The translations under genes and the position numbers were made by a program. This document shows, piece by piece, positions 11,001-22,618 of a stretch of DNA of 64,000 bases. The notes beneath the pieces were generated by a model. It was not told the origin of the DNA. It did not search any database and was given only the letters and a program-made list of their open reading frames with translations. Positions within the stretch are counted from its first letter, which is position 1. Each line of letters opens with the position of its first letter. The stretch lies in assembly GCA_014905635.1 (NCBI GenBank), contig JABVCE010000009.1, positions 992,001-1,056,000 of the forward strand. The letters run 5' to 3'. The DNA is from Scenedesmus sp. PABB004. Its lineage: Eukaryota.

Positions 11001-12330
11001 ATTGAGGTCTACAACAACACCCTGCGGTGGGCAGAGCGCGCTGTCCGCGGCTCCTGTGGCTGCGCCCGTGGCTGCGCCAGCGCGGCCGCCGACCCGCTGC
11101 GCCTGCGCACCGCGACAGCCCCCGCGCCGCGCCGACCCCCGCGCCGCCGCGCCGCCGACCCCGCGCGCCGCAGCGACCTGCTCGCGGACGGCGCGGGCAG
11201 CCGGCCCGACGCGGGGCGGCTCTCCGACGCCAACGCGATTAAGCACGACGCCGGCGGCGGGCACACGGTCGTGCTCGGCGCGAGCCGCCTGCCCGTGCCC
11301 GACGCGGCGTCCGCGGCGGCGCTCATGGCGCGCGCGGGCGAGGCGCGCGCGTGCGAGGCGACGGCAATGAATGCGAGCAGCAGCCGCAGCCACTGCGTGT
11401 TCATGCTCTACATCGCCGGCCGCCACGCCGCGAGCGGGACGGCCCTCACCGGCAGCCTCTGCCTCGTCGACCTCGCCGGCAGGCGCGGGGCGCGGCGGCG
11501 CAGAGCGCTGGGCGCGCGTGTGGCGGCGCGGGGCGGCCAGCGCGCGCACGCCACGTCCCATGCGCCCTCCCACTCTAGAGTCCTCACGCCCGCCCGCCCG
11601 CGCCACGCCCGCGCCGTCCCCGCCGCGCAGCGAGCGGCTGGACCGCAGCCAGGTGGAGGACATGCGCAAGCGCGAGGCGTGCAGCATCAACCAGAGCCTC
11701 TCCGCGCTCGGCGACGTCTTTGCCGCGCTCTCGTCCAAGACCAGCCACGTGCCGTACCGCAACTCCAAGCTCACCTACCTCCTGCAGGTGCCTCCCGCCT
11801 CCGCCACGCGCGCCCAGGCACCCGCGCCGCGCCCCGCATGGGGGGCAGGCGCCGACCGCACACGCCCGCGCGCCGCGCCGCGCTGCGCCGTGCCGCGCCC
11901 ATCCCGCCCGCCCGCGAAACCGCGCGCAGCCCTGCCTCGGGGGCCACGGCAAGACGCTGATGTTTGTGCACATCAACCCGGAGCCCGCGTCGGCGCAGGA
12001 GAGCCTGTGCAGCCTCAAGTTTGCCGCCAAGGTCAACGGCTGCGACACCGCGGCGCGCGGCGGCGCGCGCCGCAACGTCACGCAGGGCGGCGCGCCGGCG
12101 GCGGCGATCGTGAGCGGCGCGCGGCGCCGGGGCCGGGCGCACGCGCCCGGGAGGGCGGGGCGGGGGTCGCGGCGCGCCGCCGCGCTCGCGCGCACGCCGC
12201 GCGGCGCGCTCACGCGGCTGCGCCCGCGCCCGCGCAGGAGGCGGCCGACGCCGGCGGCGGCGGGCTGGGCAAGCGGCCGGCGGCGGGGCAGACGCTGGGC
12301 GCAGGCCCTAAGCGCAGCAAGCTGGGCTGA
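7155..12330 (+). CDS. Kinesin-14 (C-terminal motor, KAR3/KIFC1/ATK-like); about 14 exons
   Basis: Basic N-terminal tail and long coiled coil, then neck [31 protein letters not shown]-loop [64 protein letters not shown] at 12330. Confidence 0.95.
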
Positions 12331-12999
12331 GCAGAGGCGGGGTTGGGTTGGCGGCAACACCGAGAGGCGGGGCGGGGCTCGGGCGGGCGGGGGGCGGGCT
12401 GTGTGGGTAACCTAGCGAGCAACAATTGGCGCGCCGGTCCGTTTCGTCGTCGGCAGCGTTCGCCCGCCGCGGCCGCCGCGGGGCAGACGCCTGCGGGGCC
12501 GAGCTGCAGGCGGGCCGTCGCGGCCGCGTGCAGTCCTGCCTCAGCCCATCATCATCATCAGGGTAAAGTGGGCGCGCCGGCTGCGGGATGCGTGGCGTAC
12601 ATGGCCGTGCCGCCGCCACGACGGTGGGTCTTGTGTTTGGAAAAGTGCAGTCGCGAGGTCAAAAATGCAAAAGGTGTGCCGAAAATGCCAGGCGTCGCTG
12701 GCTCACCCGGGCCTCCGCTCAGCCATGTGGCTCGGCGTCATGTCTGTTGCTTCGAAAGCGTTTTGTGGCGCCGCACCCCGACTACACGCGCGCCTGCCCG
12801 CCGCAACACACGGCTGCAGGCGAGGCCGTGCGGCAAATTTCAGCGCTGCTCGTGCGCGGCTCGGCGGCGCCCCGCACGCGCGCGCGTCCCGGGCGGGTGC
12901 CGGGTGGGCTGCGCGGCGCCGGGGCGGCGCCGCGGGCCCTGGGTGCGCGGGCGCGCGCGCGCGCGCGGGGCGGGGCGCCGGCCGGCCGCCGCGGGCGGC

Positions 13000-13347
13000 C
13001 TAGTGCACGGGCAGGTCCAGGCTGCGCCTGCGGGCGTGCACGCGCGGGGGCGCGCGCGTGAGCCGCCGGCACGCGCCGCTCAGCAGCGCAGCGCAGCGTT
13101 GAGCAGCCAGCACGTGCGCGGCACGTGCTGGCGCAAGCCCGCATCGCGCTCACTTGCGCAAGCTGTTGGAGAGTGCGAGGCGCTTGGCGTGGGCGTCCAT
13201 GTGCCCCATAATCGTCGCGTGCTCGGTCGGGCTCAGCGCGTGGCCCTGGCGGTCGTCAACCTCCACCTCAATCGCGACCATGCGCGCGATATCCATCCGC
13301 AGGCTCTTGCTGGCCGTGCGGGGCAGCGGCCCGTCCTCGGCGTCCAT
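13000..13347 (-). CDS. Small hypothetical protein (about 74 aa, 2 exons)
   Basis: GCC-ATG-G start, non-low-complexity frame MDAEDGPLPRTASKSLRMDIARMVAIEVEVDD..SNSLRK, GTGAG donor, CAG acceptor, then RSLDLPVH and TAG at 13002-13000. Confidence 0.5.
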
Positions 13348-13971
13348 GGCGGCCGTCTGCGGGGCGGTGCGCCCGGCGTGAGCGGCGGCGGCCGCCAGGC
13401 TGGCCGGCCACCCGCGGTGCCGCGCTGGCCGGCGGCGCCCCAACTGACGCTGCCGCCCCGCCGGGAGCTGCCCCTAGAGCTGAGAGGCGTTGGGCGAGCT
13501 GGCGGGGCTGCACGGACGCGCTGCGGGCCGTGTCGGGGGCCGTGTCGGGCGGAACCGGCACTGGAACGCGGGCGCGCCAAGCCACACCGAGCCGCTTCGC
13601 AGCTGTCTGGGACCAGCGCGCGTCCACCGCGATCGTCTGCGGCGCCGCGGCAGCACGGGGCGGCCCGCGCACCTGCGACTCGCTCTCGGCTGCAATCGTC
13701 GACGGCCGGGCGGGCTGCGGGCGGCGTATCCGTGCGCTGGTGGCTGGCTGAGTCTCTGCGCGCCGCGCGGGCGGGCCGCCACGCGTGCTCGCCGCAGGGG
13801 CGCGCCGCTGACGGCGGTTTTCTGAAGCCGACGCGCCTGCGGCAGAGCACGCCGCCGTGGTCGAGCACACCACGGAGCCGCCGGCACCGGCTGCGAGCTG
13901 ACCGTCGCCGCGGCGTGCGCGGGCGTTGACCACGGAGCGCCGCTTGCAGCCGACGCCACAGCGCAGCGCGC

Positions 13972-15563
13972 ATGGAGGCGATGGGCGGCCTCGCCGCCGA
14001 CCTGGAGGCGCTGCTGGCGCAGTTCCAGGGCGCCGCAGCGGAGGGGGAGGACGACGCTGCTGCGCCGCCGCCGCGCGGCGCAGAGCAGCTGGAGGAGGAG
14101 CTCGTGGGTGCGGCGCGCGGCCAAACGTGGCCCGCGGCGCGCCCCGCGCCGCGCAGCCCCCGACGCGGCCGCCCCGCCACACAGGCCACGCGGCGGCGGC
14201 GGCGGCGGGCGCGCAGCGCGGCGCGCAGCTCACGACGCGACTGGCCGGCCTGGTCAGCGCGGCCGTGGCGCGCGCCGAGGCCGCCGACGCGCGCGCGGCC
14301 GCGCACGGCGCGGCGCTGGCGGCGCTCGCGCGCGGCCGCGCCGATGCGGAGGCGCGCCTGGCCGCGCTCGAGGACGAGCAGCGCGCGGCGGCGCGCCAGG
14401 GCGGCGCGGTGCTGGGCGTCGCCAAGCAGCTGCAGGGGGCCGTGGAGGAGCTGGCGGCGGGGCTCGAGCGCGAGCGAGGCGCGCGGCGGCGCCTGCAGCA
14501 GCAGCTGGAGGCGCTGCAGCAGCAGGTGGCCGGCCAGGCGTCGAGCGTGGAACAGCTCCAGGGCGCCGGCGCCGCGGCCGCCGCGGACGTGGAGCAGCTG
14601 CAGGCGGCGAGCGCGCGAGCCAGGTGGGGGGTGGAGAGAGCAGGGGCGTGCCGGCATGGGTGCTTCGCCCCGGCCGTCGCGACCACTCGCCGTCACGCGC
14701 GCGCACCCGCACCGCCCGCCCGCCGGCGCAGCGAGGGCCTGGCCAGCCTGGCGAGCGGCAAGCAGGCGCTCGCCAAGCAGGCCAAGCGCCTGGTGCAGCA
14801 GCAGGGAAAGCTGGAGGGCGAGCTGAGCGACACCCAGGCGGCGGTGGCTGCCGAGCTGGCAGCGCTGCGGCGCCACGTGCAGCTGGTGCGCCACGGCTGC
14901 GCAGTGCACTGCAGCTCGCGTGCGGCACGCAGCCGCATGCACGCAGTGCTCCGCGCCGCCACCGACGCGGCGACCACCGCCGCCCGCCGACTGCCCCCAC
15001 CGCGCAGGCGAGCGGCCGCGCCGCGCAGGCGTCGAGCGCGCGGCACGCAGCCGCTGCGGCGCGCGCGGCAGCGCAGAGCGAGCGCCTCGCGGCGCTGGGC
15101 GCTGCGCGCCGTCACCTCGGCGCCCGCCGCCGCCAGCCGGCGCCAGTCGCGCGACGCGTGGCAGCAGCCGCAGCGCCGGGCGCCCGGCCACGCGGCGCGC
15201 CGGGGCGGGCGCGCCGCGAGCTCCAGCGCGCTGGCCGAGGCGCTGCTGAGCAGCGAGCCCTCGTCGGCCGCCTCCCAGGGCGACGCGGAGCCTGCCGGGC
15301 ACCAGAGCGACAGCGGCGTGTGGGCCAGCCCCGACGGCAAACCCCCGCGCCCGCCGGTGTGCGTGGGGGCCGTCGACGTGCGACTGCGCCAGCCCCAGCC
15401 CGGGGCGGCGCGGCCCTGCTCGGGCGCCGCCGCCGGCAAGGGCGCGCCGGGCCGCACCGCGGGCGCGCGGCGCTGCGTGTCTGCGGGGCGGCTGCCGCAC
15501 GGCGCGGCCGAGCTGCAGGCGGCGATGGCGGGCCAGGCGGGCGGCGCGGCGTGGCTGCCGTGA
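13972..15563 (+). CDS. Hypothetical coiled-coil protein, multi-exon
   Basis: MEAMGGLAADLEALLAQFQG.. followed by heptad-like exons (LAALEDEQRAAARQ..LQQQLEALQQQ; KLEGELSDTQAAVAAELAALRRH) joined by GT-AG introns. The 3' structure is uncertain. Confidence 0.5.
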
Positions 15564-16167
15564 CCACGAGGCACGCGCGGCGCAAGGCAACGGCGAGCTG
15601 GGCGGTCGTCACCTGGGTCCGAGCAGGCCGCACCCGAGCAGCAGCAGCGCCCCTCAATTCGCGGCCGCCCCGCACGCCGCGCCGCCTGTACACGCTGGCC
15701 GAGCCCCGTGCGCCGCGGCGGCGCCCCGCCCTCACCGGCGCTACACCACGCCCGCAACCGTCGCGCGCGCGGGGCTGTCAGCAGGCAGGCAGCAAGCAGC
15801 AGAAACGCGTCAGCAATCGGGAGCAGAACCAGCAGCACCCCCCGGCCCCAGCGCTGGGTGCGCCAGCGACCCCAGCAGGCTGCCCCGTTCAGTTGTCGTT
15901 GCCAGGCCAGCGCGGTGAGTCCCAGGCATCGCCCAGAGAGGATGCAGCCAAGCGCGCACAGCATGGCGGGCGGGGCGGCGCTCGCCCGCCCGCCGCGCCG
16001 CCGAGGTGTTGGTCGCGTGCACGCTGCCCTGCCTGCGCGCCCGCCGCGGCCGCGCGCTGCCGCCCGCCCGCGCGCGGCGCCCGTCGGGGGCGCCGCCCGC
16101 AGGCGCGGCGTGTGCTCGCCACGCCACCAGGGGTGGCGCGCGCGCGCGCGGCCGGGCCGCGGCGGCG

Positions 16168-16172
16168 TGTAA
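16168..16172 (+). terminator. TGTAA green-algal polyadenylation signal
   Basis: TGTAA downstream of the + strand gene at 13972-15563 and before the convergent cyclin stop. Confidence 0.55.
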
Positions 16173-16300
16173 CAAAACTGACCGCGTGTCGCAGCGGCGC
16201 TCCGGAATCAAATGGCCCCCGCCCCCCGCCCCCGCCCCGCGCCGGGCCTCCCCCGCAGCCGCTCATGGTACAGGCGGCGCCGCGGCGCGCGCGCGCCCGC

Positions 16301-18104
16301 TCACAGCAGCTCCATGTCGCTGCTGCCGTCGGCGCTGCCGCCGCTGCCGGGGCTGCCCGCGCCGGGGCTGCACGCCGCGGCGGCGGCGGCGGCGGCGAGC
16401 AGCTTGGGGCAGGGCGGGACGGCCGCGACGTTGAGCAGCTTGTCGCTCGCATACTTGTCCCGGATCGCGTTGAACTGCCCCTCCCCGAGCAGGCGCGCGT
16501 GCGCGGCCGCGAGCGCCGCCGCGACGGGCGCGGCGTCGGCCGCGGCGTAGCGGCTGTAGTGCGCGAGCGTCGCGTCCCAGGGGCGGCGGCCGAGCATGGC
16601 GTTGGCGGCAAACACGCTGCCCGCCGCGAGCTGGCTCGGCAGGAAGGCGAGCAGGGCCTCGTCCATGAGCGACAGCTCCAGCAGGAAGGCGGAGAGGTAG
16701 TGCAGCTGCTCGTCCGCGCCCGCGGCCTGCAGGTAGCGCCGCTGGAAGGTCTTGGCCGTCGGCACGCTCAGGCGCCAGCCGAGCGCGGCCAGCAGGCGGC
16801 CCTCCATCGCGACGAGCTCGGCCTGGTCGTAGGTGTTGTCGGTGATGTAGCAGAAGTTGCGCGCGGTGGGGGCGTAGATCTCCTCAAACTTGGCCGCCGC
16901 CCACATCGCGGCGATGCCGGCGAGCTGCAGCTCCTCGCGCGGCACCGCCGCGACGGAGAGGAAGCGGTCGAGCAGGTTGAGCGTGAGGTGCAGCGTGTCG
17001 CTCGTGAGCCGGTACTCCTGCGCGACCTCGACCAGCCAGTCGACCAGGATGCACCGCATGTGCGGCGACATGTCCGCCTGCACCGCCTCCAGGTAGCGCG
17101 GGTTGGGCCGGTTCAGCAGCTGCGCGCGCCGCGGCGGCCGCGGCGGCGGCGGCGGCGGCGGCGGGGGTGCGTCAGCCCGGGCCGCGCGGCGCCGCGACCG
17201 CGCGCGCAAGCAAACGCGCGGCGCGCGCGCCGGCGCCGCTGCCTGCGCGCGCGCGCGCGCGCGCTGTGTGCCGCGCGCAAGCGCGCACACCTCGCTGGTG
17301 TTGAGGTGCGCAAAGATGCTCTCCGCGTACTCGCTGCACGCGAGCGGGTTGTCCCGGTTCTGCTCGTCGATGTCCACCCACGCCTGGCGCTTGGCCGGCG
17401 CCGGCAGGCCTGCGGGCGGGCAGCGTGCGCAGCAGCAGTGAGCGGCGGCCGGGCCGGCGCGGCGCGGCGCGGCGAGCTGCGCCCCGGGCGCGTCCGCCCC
17501 CGCCCGCGCGCGTGTCTCACCGGGCGCGCGCCGCTGGCCGGTGCCCGCGCTGGCGCGGGGCTGGCCGAGCTCGCCCAGGGGCGGCCGGTTTGAAGTCGAC
17601 GCCACGGGCGCCTGCGGGCCGCGGGCGGGCGCCGGGGACGCGTGAGCCGAGCCCCGCGTCGCGTCGTGGGGCCGCGCGCCCCCGGCGCCGGGGCGCGCCG
17701 GCGCACCTGTTGTTGCGCTCGCGCAGCACAGCACGCGTCGTCATAGACCAGGAAGCCCTCCGCCGGCAGCTCCTGCGGCGCGGCGGTGGCGTCAGGGCGC
17801 GCCCGCGAGCGGCGCGGGGGCGGGCGGCGCGCCAGGGGGCGCCGCGCACCGCGTAACACCCGTTGCTGATGTTTGCGAAGGCCGTGTGGCTGTTGGCGCT
17901 GCCGCCCTGCGGCGCGCGCGCGGGTGGTGAGGGCCCGGCCCCGCCTGCGCGCCCCGGGCGGGCGCCCGGGCCGCGGCGCACCTTGGAGGCGCCGGGGGCG
18001 GCGCTGCAGTAGTTCTCCTTGTGGGGCTCGAAGCCCGCCCCGAACGGCTCGCTCATGGCCAGGGCGGGCGCCAGGACGACGGTGGGGCCGTAGCCGAAGG
18101 ACAT
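16301..18104 (-). CDS. A-type cyclin (6 exons)
   Basis: Cyclin box MRCILVDWLVEVAQEYRL..TLHLTLNLLDRFLS..LQLAGIAAMWAAAKFEEIYAP..FCYITDNTY, preceded by WVDIDEQNRDNPLACSEYAESIF. Start at 18104 (or 18056). Confidence 0.92.
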
Positions 18105-18568
18105 GGCGGGCAGCGGGGGCGCCTGGGCGGGCTGTTGTTGGCCGCCAGGGCGGGCCAGCATGCTCGGCCCCAGGGGGCGGCGGGGGCGGCCGGCGGGCGA
18201 CAGCTGGCGGGGTGGCGGGCGCAGAGTGGCCGGGGGCAGCGGGGGGCGCCGCCTGCAGGGTGGGGTGCTCAAAAATTCGTGCTCGTTCGGCCGCTGAACC
18301 CTTGCGGCGAGCTTTGAACGGCGAATGCAACGCACCCTGAGGACGTGCGGGGCTGCGCCGGCGCTTCACGCACGCCGAACGCTGCAAGGTATCTCATACA
18401 GGGGCGCCGGGCTCGCGCGCTGTCTCTCGCTCCGGCCCGGTCAGCGGCGCGCACAACGCCGCCGATTGCTTCACAACCGCGCAACAACGCGGCCTCCGCC
18501 GGCCACTGTTGGCGGCCCAGGGAAGTACCCTACGTATCGCGGCACCTGCCGAAGCGCACAGCGCCAGC

Positions 18569-19459
18569 ATGCGGACGCTGGTGCACGCTGGGCGCATGCC
18601 CGGCCCTCAGCGCGCCCACTGCGCGTGGAGGTGCCGTGCCGCCGCGCGGGAGGTGGTGCGCTGCCAGGCCCACGCCCGCAACGCGATGGCTGCAGCGGCA
18701 GCAGCAGGTGCGGCGGCGCCGGGACCGGCCAGCAGCAGCCCTGGCCTCAGACCACTGCCGCGCGGCTGGGCCGTCCCACGGCCGCGCACGTGGGGCGGGG
18801 CCGTGCATGAGGACCCAATGCGCCCGTCGCGACGCCCGCGGCACCGCCAGGCCTGCTGCTGGCGAGCGGCGGCGCGGACGCAGCGGCGGTCGCAGCAGCG
18901 CTGCTGGACGGCGGCGCGGCGCCCAGCCCTCCGCGCCACGCGCTGGTGCTGCTGGACGGCAACGCCGCCATTCTGAGCGACTTGAGACGCCTGTCCAAGG
19001 CGACGCAGCGCTTCGGCAGCCAGGAGGCGGTCACGGGCGGGCTGGCGGCGCGGTTCGCGGCCGCGGCGGAGCAGCTGGGGCGCATCGAGCTGCTCGCGCG
19101 GGCGGGCGAGTACGACAACGCGCGCCTGCAGCTGCGCGAGGGCAGCTTCAAGTCGCTGCGCCAGGACCTGGCGTACGGCCAGGAGCTGACGCGCGTCGTC
19201 TCGCCCGCCGTGCGTGCGCACGCGGCGCCGAGGGCTGGCGGCGCGGCAGCGGCTCGGCCGCCCCCGCAGCCGCGCCGGGCGCGCACGCGTGCCGCCACCG
19301 CCGCCGTCGCAGGTGGTCCGCGAGGTGGTGGAGGGCATCGAGCGGCTGGACCGGCAGCTGAAGACGCGAGAGGCGCCGGGCGCGGTGCGGCCGGTCGTCG
19401 CCGCGCTCGAGGCGCGGCTGGGCGAGCTGTCGGAGGTCGTGGGGAGCCTCCAAAAGTGA
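18569..19459 (+). CDS. Plastid/thylakoid-lumen-targeted helical protein, possibly PsbQ-like (3 exons)
   Basis: Arg/Ala-rich transit peptide (..VVRCQAH), hydrophobic segment [17 protein letters not shown], then mature part ..QLGRIELLARAGEYDNARLQLREGSFKSLRQDL..|VVEGIERLDRQLK. The family assignment is inference. Confidence 0.5.
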
Positions 19460-19526
19460 CGCACGCGGCGACCGTGTCACACGCGTGGCCAACTCTGCGC
19501 GCCCCCGCCCGCGCGCGCGCCCGCGC

Positions 19527-22374
19527 TCACGCGCCGCCGCCGCCGCCGGGCGCCTGCAGCAGCTGAAGGTAGGCGGCGATCGCCTCCCCGTCCTCCTCCA
19601 CGTCCACGTCGTACGCCGCCAGCGCGTCACGGCTGCGCCCGCCCACCGCCTGCGCGAGCTCCGCCTCCACCTCCTCGTCCGCGCCGCTGCTGCTGCCGCT
19701 GCCGCTGCTGCTGCCGCCGCCGTCGCTCTCGCTGCCGCCGCTGGCGCCGCTGCCGCCGCTCGCGCCGTCGCCGCTGCCGGTGGCGCGGCGCAGCGCGCGG
19801 CGCCGCCCGCCGCCCGCGCTGCGCAGCCGGCGCGCGCGGCGCCGCTGGCGCGCCGGGGGCGCCGCCGCAGCCGCCGCCGAGCTGCCACCGCCGCCGCCGC
19901 CGCTGCTGCCGCCGCGCGCCTGCTGCTCGCCCGCCGCCTGCAGCTGCTCCAGCGCCGCCTCGACGCCGCCGCCGCCGGCCTTGAGCGCGCGCCGCGCTGC
20001 GCGCTCCTCAAAGCCCATCTCCAGCAGCACGGCGACGTGCCGGGCCTTGACGTCCTGCGGCCCGCGCTCCTCCTCCAGCATCTGCGGGCGGCGGCGGGCC
20101 GGCGGCGGATGCAGAGCGGGCGCGTGCGCGGGCGCGCGCGCGACGCCAAAGGCAGCTCGCGCTCACGGCGCGGCGGCAGCCAGCCCCCGCGCCGCGCCGC
20201 GCCAGCCGCCGCGCCAGCCCGCGCGCGTCGCGGCGTCCGCCACGCCGCGGGCGCACCTGCTGCGCAATGATGCCGAGCTGCAGCGCGCCGCGCTTCACAG
20301 GGTCGGCCAGCACGTCCAGCGCGGCGTCGCGCTCGTTCTCCGCGCCCCGCAGCGCCTCGGCCGCCAGCGCCCGGTCGTAGCCGAGCTGCGCCAGCTGCTC
20401 CAGCGCCTCGCCGTCCACAAACTTGCCCTTCGCCGTTTTGCCGAACCTGCCGCGCTCGTCCGCCCAGCGCCGCCGCGCGCGCGCCGCGGCGCGCCGCTCC
20501 TGCGGGGCGAGAGAGCCCGAGCGCGGCGCGCCGCGCGCGTGGGCTGCCCGCGCCGCGCCCCGTCAGCACGCACCGCGACCCATCAGCCCGCGCCGCGGCC
20601 GCGCCGCACCGCCTCGGCGGCGCGCGCGCGCGTGAGAAAGTCCACCGCCGCCGCGAGGTCGCCGGCGGCGAACCGCAGCGCCCGGCGCGCCTCGAGCTCT
20701 GTGTAGCCCATCTCGCTCAGCGCCAGCACCGCGGCCGGCGACAGCTGCGCCGCGGCGGCGCGCGCGGCGGCGTCGGCGGCGTCGGCGCCGCGGCGGTGCC
20801 CTGCGGCACGCGTCGCACGCGCGGCGGCAGAGGCTGCGGGCACGGCGCCGCCGCCGCGCACCTGCATCCGCTGCCAGCGCGCCTGCGCCGCGGCGAGGTG
20901 CTGCGCCGCGGCCGCGCGCTCGCCGCTGTGGAAGGCGACGACGCCTTCGAGGAGCTCGAGCCGGACATAGCTGCGGCGGGTGGCGGTGCGGCGGCGGCAC
21001 GAGGCGTTGGGTCGGCGCCCTGTCGACGCGTGCGCGCGGCGCGGCGCGGCGCGGGCGGCGCCCCTCCGCTCACATTGCCTGCTCGGGGGTGAAGCCGCCG
21101 TGGAGCTGCCGCAGGCGCTCCTGGTGCGGGCCGTGCGCGCGCTCGAGCATGCGGCGGCAGGACGCGAGGCGCTCGCTGCACACGCCGAGGCGGCGCATGT
21201 CGCGGAGCTTGAAGCACACCCTGGCGCGCGCGGCGCGGCGGCGTAGGCGCCAGGCCGCCAGGCCGCCCCCGCGGCCCCGCTCGCGGCGTGGCGCGGCGGC
21301 GCGGCGGCGCGGCGCGCGCGCCCCACCACACGATGTCCAGCAGCAGCATCGCCAGATTGTCCACGCCCTCCAGCAGCGCCGGCGCCGCCGCGGACAAGCT
21401 CTCCTCCGCCAGCAGCAGCTCGTCCAGCGCCGCCTGGCGCCGCGGCGCGGCGCGGGCGGGCAGCGGGGCTGCGTGGGCCAACGGCGGCGGCGCGGCCACG
21501 GCAGCGACGGTGGCAGACCGCGCGGGCGTCGGCGGGCGCGTCTCACCTGCAGGTCCCCCGCCCCCAGGCTGGCCTTCCCCTTGTCGTGCAGCGCCAGGCC
21601 CAGCACCAGCGCGCGGCGGTCCGCCTCGCTCACCGCCAGCCACGCGCCGTCCTGCGCGGCGGCGCCGCGGCCGCGGCCGCGCGCTCGCGCGGCGCCGGCC
21701 CGCCGCGGGGCCGCGCCTGCCCGCGCTGGCATGGCGCTGGCGCCGGCGCCGCGCGCCCGCCGCCGCGCCTGGTTCTCCAGGCTGAACTCGTATCGGTCGG
21801 TCAGGCCCCGCCCGTCGCGGGCGGCCATCTTGGCGACCGCCGCCTTGACCCGCTCGAGCCTGGCGCGCCGCGCCGCCTCGCCCGCTGCGCTCGCCTCCGC
21901 CGCGCCGAGCGCCGCCTGCGCCGCGGCGCCCGTCGTCACGAGCACGCGCGACGCGGGCGTGAGGCCGCACGCGCGCAGGCCCTTGCTGTCGTCCTGCGCG
22001 CGGGCAGGTCACGCGCGGGCAGGGCGCAGGTCGCGCGCGGGCAGGTCGTGCGCGGCGGGCGGCGGGCGCGGGAGCGCTGTCGCCGCGGCCGCCGCGGCCG
22101 CCGCGCGCACCGCGAGCGTGCGGCCGCCGACGATGAGCTTGATGGAGCCCGGCTCGGCCGCGCCTGCGGGGCGTGGCGCGGGCTCGGCGGCGCGCCGCAG
22201 CATGGGCAGCAGCAGCGCGCCGGCGCTGCTCCCCGAGCGCGCACCGAGCAGGCGCGCAACCTCCGCCCGCAGGTCACCGACGCTGCCGCTGTCCAGAGAG
22301 ACGTGCACCACGCCCTTGAGCGCCCCCGCGACGCGCAGCTGCACAGCGGGCGGCGCCGCTGGTGGCGCTGCCAT
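19527..22374 (-). CDS. NUB1: NEDD8 ultimate buster 1 (UBL + NUB1 core + UBA domains), multi-exon
   Basis: N-terminal UBL (IKLIVGGRTL|DDSKGLRACGL), SLENQ|DG..DRRALVLGLALHDKGK, VDNLAMLLLDIVW, YVRLELLEGVVAFHSG, and UBA repeats (LSEMGYTELEARRAL; LAQLGYDRALAAEAL; LLEMGFEERAARRAL). Confidence 0.9.
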
Positions 22375-22618
22375 CGCGCCGGTCGGCTGCGGCGGTGCGC
22401 GGGATCGCGCTCCAGAGATGCGACGGACCGCGAGCGCGCCGACGTGGGCAGTGAGGGCGGCGGCGGTGCTGCGTGCGGGGGCGCGGCGCAGCAGCAGCAG
22501 CGGCGTCGGCGAACCGCCGGGGCTCCCAGACCCGCTAACAATCAACACCCGGCACAAGGGCGCTCCTGACAACAACGCCAACGCTCTGCTCACGCGCTGG
22601 CATCGCCGCGCGGCGCGC

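Noticed and set aside
12600..12850. Locally AT-richer segment as a possible ncRNA or mobile element
   Set aside because: No tRNA/snRNA structure, terminal repeats or coding signal recognised; best explained as 3' UTR/intergenic DNA between convergent genes.
15008..15110. Possible frameshift in the 13972-15563 hypothetical gene
   Set aside because: An alternative CAG acceptor near 15050 keeps the frame; this cannot be resolved without transcripts.
17708..17745. D-box-like RAVLRERNN in the cyclin region
   Set aside because: It is in a different frame from the one fixed by the flanking phase-0 splice sites (ELPAEGFLVYDD..QQQ).
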